Assembly (NCBI GenBank): GCA_963699545.1
Contig: CAVOUE010000006.1
Span: forward strand, 1-64,000
Reading direction: 5' to 3'
Source of the DNA: Nitrospirota bacterium
Lineage (GTDB): Bacteria; Nitrospirota; Thermodesulfovibrionia; Thermodesulfovibrionales; UBA9159
DNA length: 64,000 bases
Numbering within the stretch: the first letter of the stretch is position 1; each line of letters opens with the position of its first letter. A program made the position numbers and the translations under genes. A model generated the notes under the pieces. The model had not been told where the DNA came from. It searched no databases and saw only the letters and a program-made list of their open reading frames with translations. Of the stretch, positions 62,213 to 64,000 are shown piece by piece.

Positions 62213-63592
62213 TCAGGCACCCTTGTTTTTTGTTCCTGCCGTCAATTCCCCTGCAAGCCTGTTTGAATTCTCTATGCAGTCATTCACGCTTATACCACGG
62301 TATGAGTTGCCCGCAAGATAGAGCCCTTTGTATCGGACCAGCAGCCTCTCCAGGGTCTCAAGTCTTCCCTGATGCCCAATGGTGTATTGAGGGATCGCCT
62401 TCTCATGGACATAGACCCTTGCGAAATCAGGTTGTACCCTTATGCCCATAATATCTCCCAGCTCCGCCGTAACGGTGTCGATGAGCTTATTTTCATCCTG
62501 CATTGCCACCTGAGATGCCCGGGTCCCGCCCAGCATCGATCTCAGGAGGACATATCCCTCGGGCGCCCTGTTCGGGAAAATACTGGAGTCCCACAGCGTC
62601 CCAAGGATTCTCCTCCCTTCCCTGAAGGGCACAAGGAAACCAAAACCGTCCAGGCTGCGTCCGATCCTCTCCTTTTTGTAGCCGACACAGACGACAGACA
62701 CCGTCGGATAGGGAATCTCCGAAAGGGTCCGGGAAAGAGAATGGTCGAAGTCCTTGACTATCTCGGATGTGGCATGTGCGGGTGATGCTATCACCACACA
62801 ATCCGATTCCAGGCTCGACCCATCCTGAAGATGCACTGTATAGCGACCCCCGTTCCTGGCCAATGACGTAACTTTGCTGCGAGGTCTGACCCTTTCACCA
62901 AGGGAATCTCTCAGGGCGAGAATGAAGGTTCCCATACCATCAAAAAAGGAGGTCAATACCCCACCGGGCCCAGGCCCGGGGCCGGTCCGCCCCTCTTTTT
63001 TTGCCTTTATCTGGAGCCTGATCAACGCCCCGATGAGGCTGCCGTATTCGGTTTCCAGCTGGTTGATCCTGGGGAAACAACTCTTCAGACTCAACGCCTC
63101 GGGATCTCCCGCATAGATCCCTGATGCCATCGGGTCGATCAATTTTTCAAAGGCCTCTTTCCCGAGTCTCCTTCTCCCGAACTCGGCAAGGCTTTCGTCC
63201 GCCTTCGTGCCCCTGGGCGCAAACATCTCGTAGAGTATCCTGAGCCGGCCCCATACACTCAACAGATCCGACTTAAAAAAGGCAGGAGGCGATTCGGGAA
63301 GGGGATGCAGTTTCCCGTTGGAGAAGATGAAACGTTTTCTCGCTGCGTCATTGCTCTTGATGGGGCTCAATGACAGGGATGCTGCAAGTTCAAGGGTCCT
63401 GGGCTTGTTGTTCAGGAAGCCGTTCACTCCACCTTCGCACAGGAATCCGTCCGCCCTGTCGGTCCATATCTTGCCTCCCAGACGTCCCCCGGCCTCCAGT
63501 ACGACGAGATCCGGAGACGGATCCCGTTTGTGCAACAGGTACGCGAGGGATAATCCTGATATCCCCCCTCCCACAATGATTATCCTGTCCAT
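62213..63592 (-). CDS. hemG: Protoporphyrinogen/coproporphyrinogen oxidase (HemY type)
   Basis: GGGISGL, GIYAGDP..LS, GFGFL, AIPQY..GH. Confidence 0.9.
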   Translation of the reverse strand: MDRIIIVGGGISGLSLAYLLHKRDPSPDLVVLEAGGRLGGKIWTDRADGFLCEGGVNGFLNNKPRTLELAASLSLSPIKSNDAARKRFIFSNGKLHPLPESPPAFFKSDLLSVWGRLRILYEMFAPRGTKADESLAEFGRRRLGKEAFEKLIDPMASGIYAGDPEALSLKSCFPRINQLETEYGSLIGALIRLQIKAKKEGRTGPGPGPGGVLTSFFDGMGTFILALRDSLGERVRPRSKVTSLARNGGRYTVHLQDGSSLESDCVVIASPAHATSEIVKDFDHSLSRTLSEIPYPTVSVVCVGYKKERIGRSLDGFGFLVPFREGRRILGTLWDSSIFPNRAPEGYVLLRSMLGGTRASQVAMQDENKLIDTVTAELGDIMGIRVQPDFARVYVHEKAIPQYTIGHQGRLETLERLLVRYKGLYLAGNSYRGISVNDCIENSNRLAGELTAGTKNKGA

Positions 63593-64000
63593 CCCAGCTT
63601 CCTGGTTCTTGTCATCACGATCTCCTTTAGGGCCCGGATAAACAAAGGATTCGTATTCAGGGACCCTGCCCTGATGAGTTTCATACCGAACATGTCAGCC
63701 AGCCGCTTATATAATATATCAATTTCATAGAGGGTTTCTATATGGTCCGATACAAAACTTATGGGCACCACCAGAAGGTTCTTCACTCCTTCCCCGGCAA
63801 GTTCCTTAATCTTCTCTTCAGTGGACGGACCGAGCCACTTTACCGGGCCGCTTTTGCTCTGGTACGAAAGGTGCCACCTGCCCCCCGTCTCTTTCACTAC
63901 CTCTTCAATAGTGGCCTTTATGTGGGAAACATAGGGGTCGCCGGCTTCCACGATGCTCATGGGCAGACTGTGGGCGCTGAAGAGCACCTCTGCACCGTCC
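63580..64000 (-). CDS. hemH: Ferrochelatase, 5'-partial
   Basis: FSAHSLP, GDPY, YQS..GP..WL.P, FVSDHIETLYEID. Confidence 0.95.
   Translation of the reverse strand, partial: DGAEVLFSAHSLPMSIVEAGDPYVSHIKATIEEVVKETGGRWHLSYQSKSGPVKWLGPSTEEKIKELAGEGVKNLLVVPISFVSDHIETLYEIDILYKRLADMFGMKLIRAGSLNTNPLFIRALKEIVMTRTRKLGWTG

Overview
Bacterial chromosome window of moderately high GC. Gene content resembles an anaerobe of the Nitrospirota/Desulfobacterota type (inference). About 22.4-64 kb is mostly housekeeping: nfi, ppx, 2-oxoacid:ferredoxin oxidoreductase beta/gamma, bamA-tamB, glnD, ftsK, rnj, argF/argD, rimP-nusA-recG, pilD, ilvD-B-N and hemH-hemG. It also holds a Crp/Fnr-linked stress cluster with three TATGA-N6-TCATA boxes. 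Many conserved genes carry single-base frameshifts, most likely long-read assembly errors. The accessory part (about 4.6-22.3 kb) holds eight toxin-antitoxin modules and a nuclease cassette, yet no integrase or transposase is recognisable in the window. Its modules are bounded by short GGGACA-core motifs and by long, diverged direct repeats of neighbouring sequence, including three copies of the 3' end of a VOC/glyoxalase gene. A perfect 21-bp inverted repeat brackets the four-gene nuclease cassette. A ~286-bp inverted-repeat-bounded GIY-YIG mini-element interrupts an ORF6N gene. Together these suggest a cassette-accreting system mobilised in trans.
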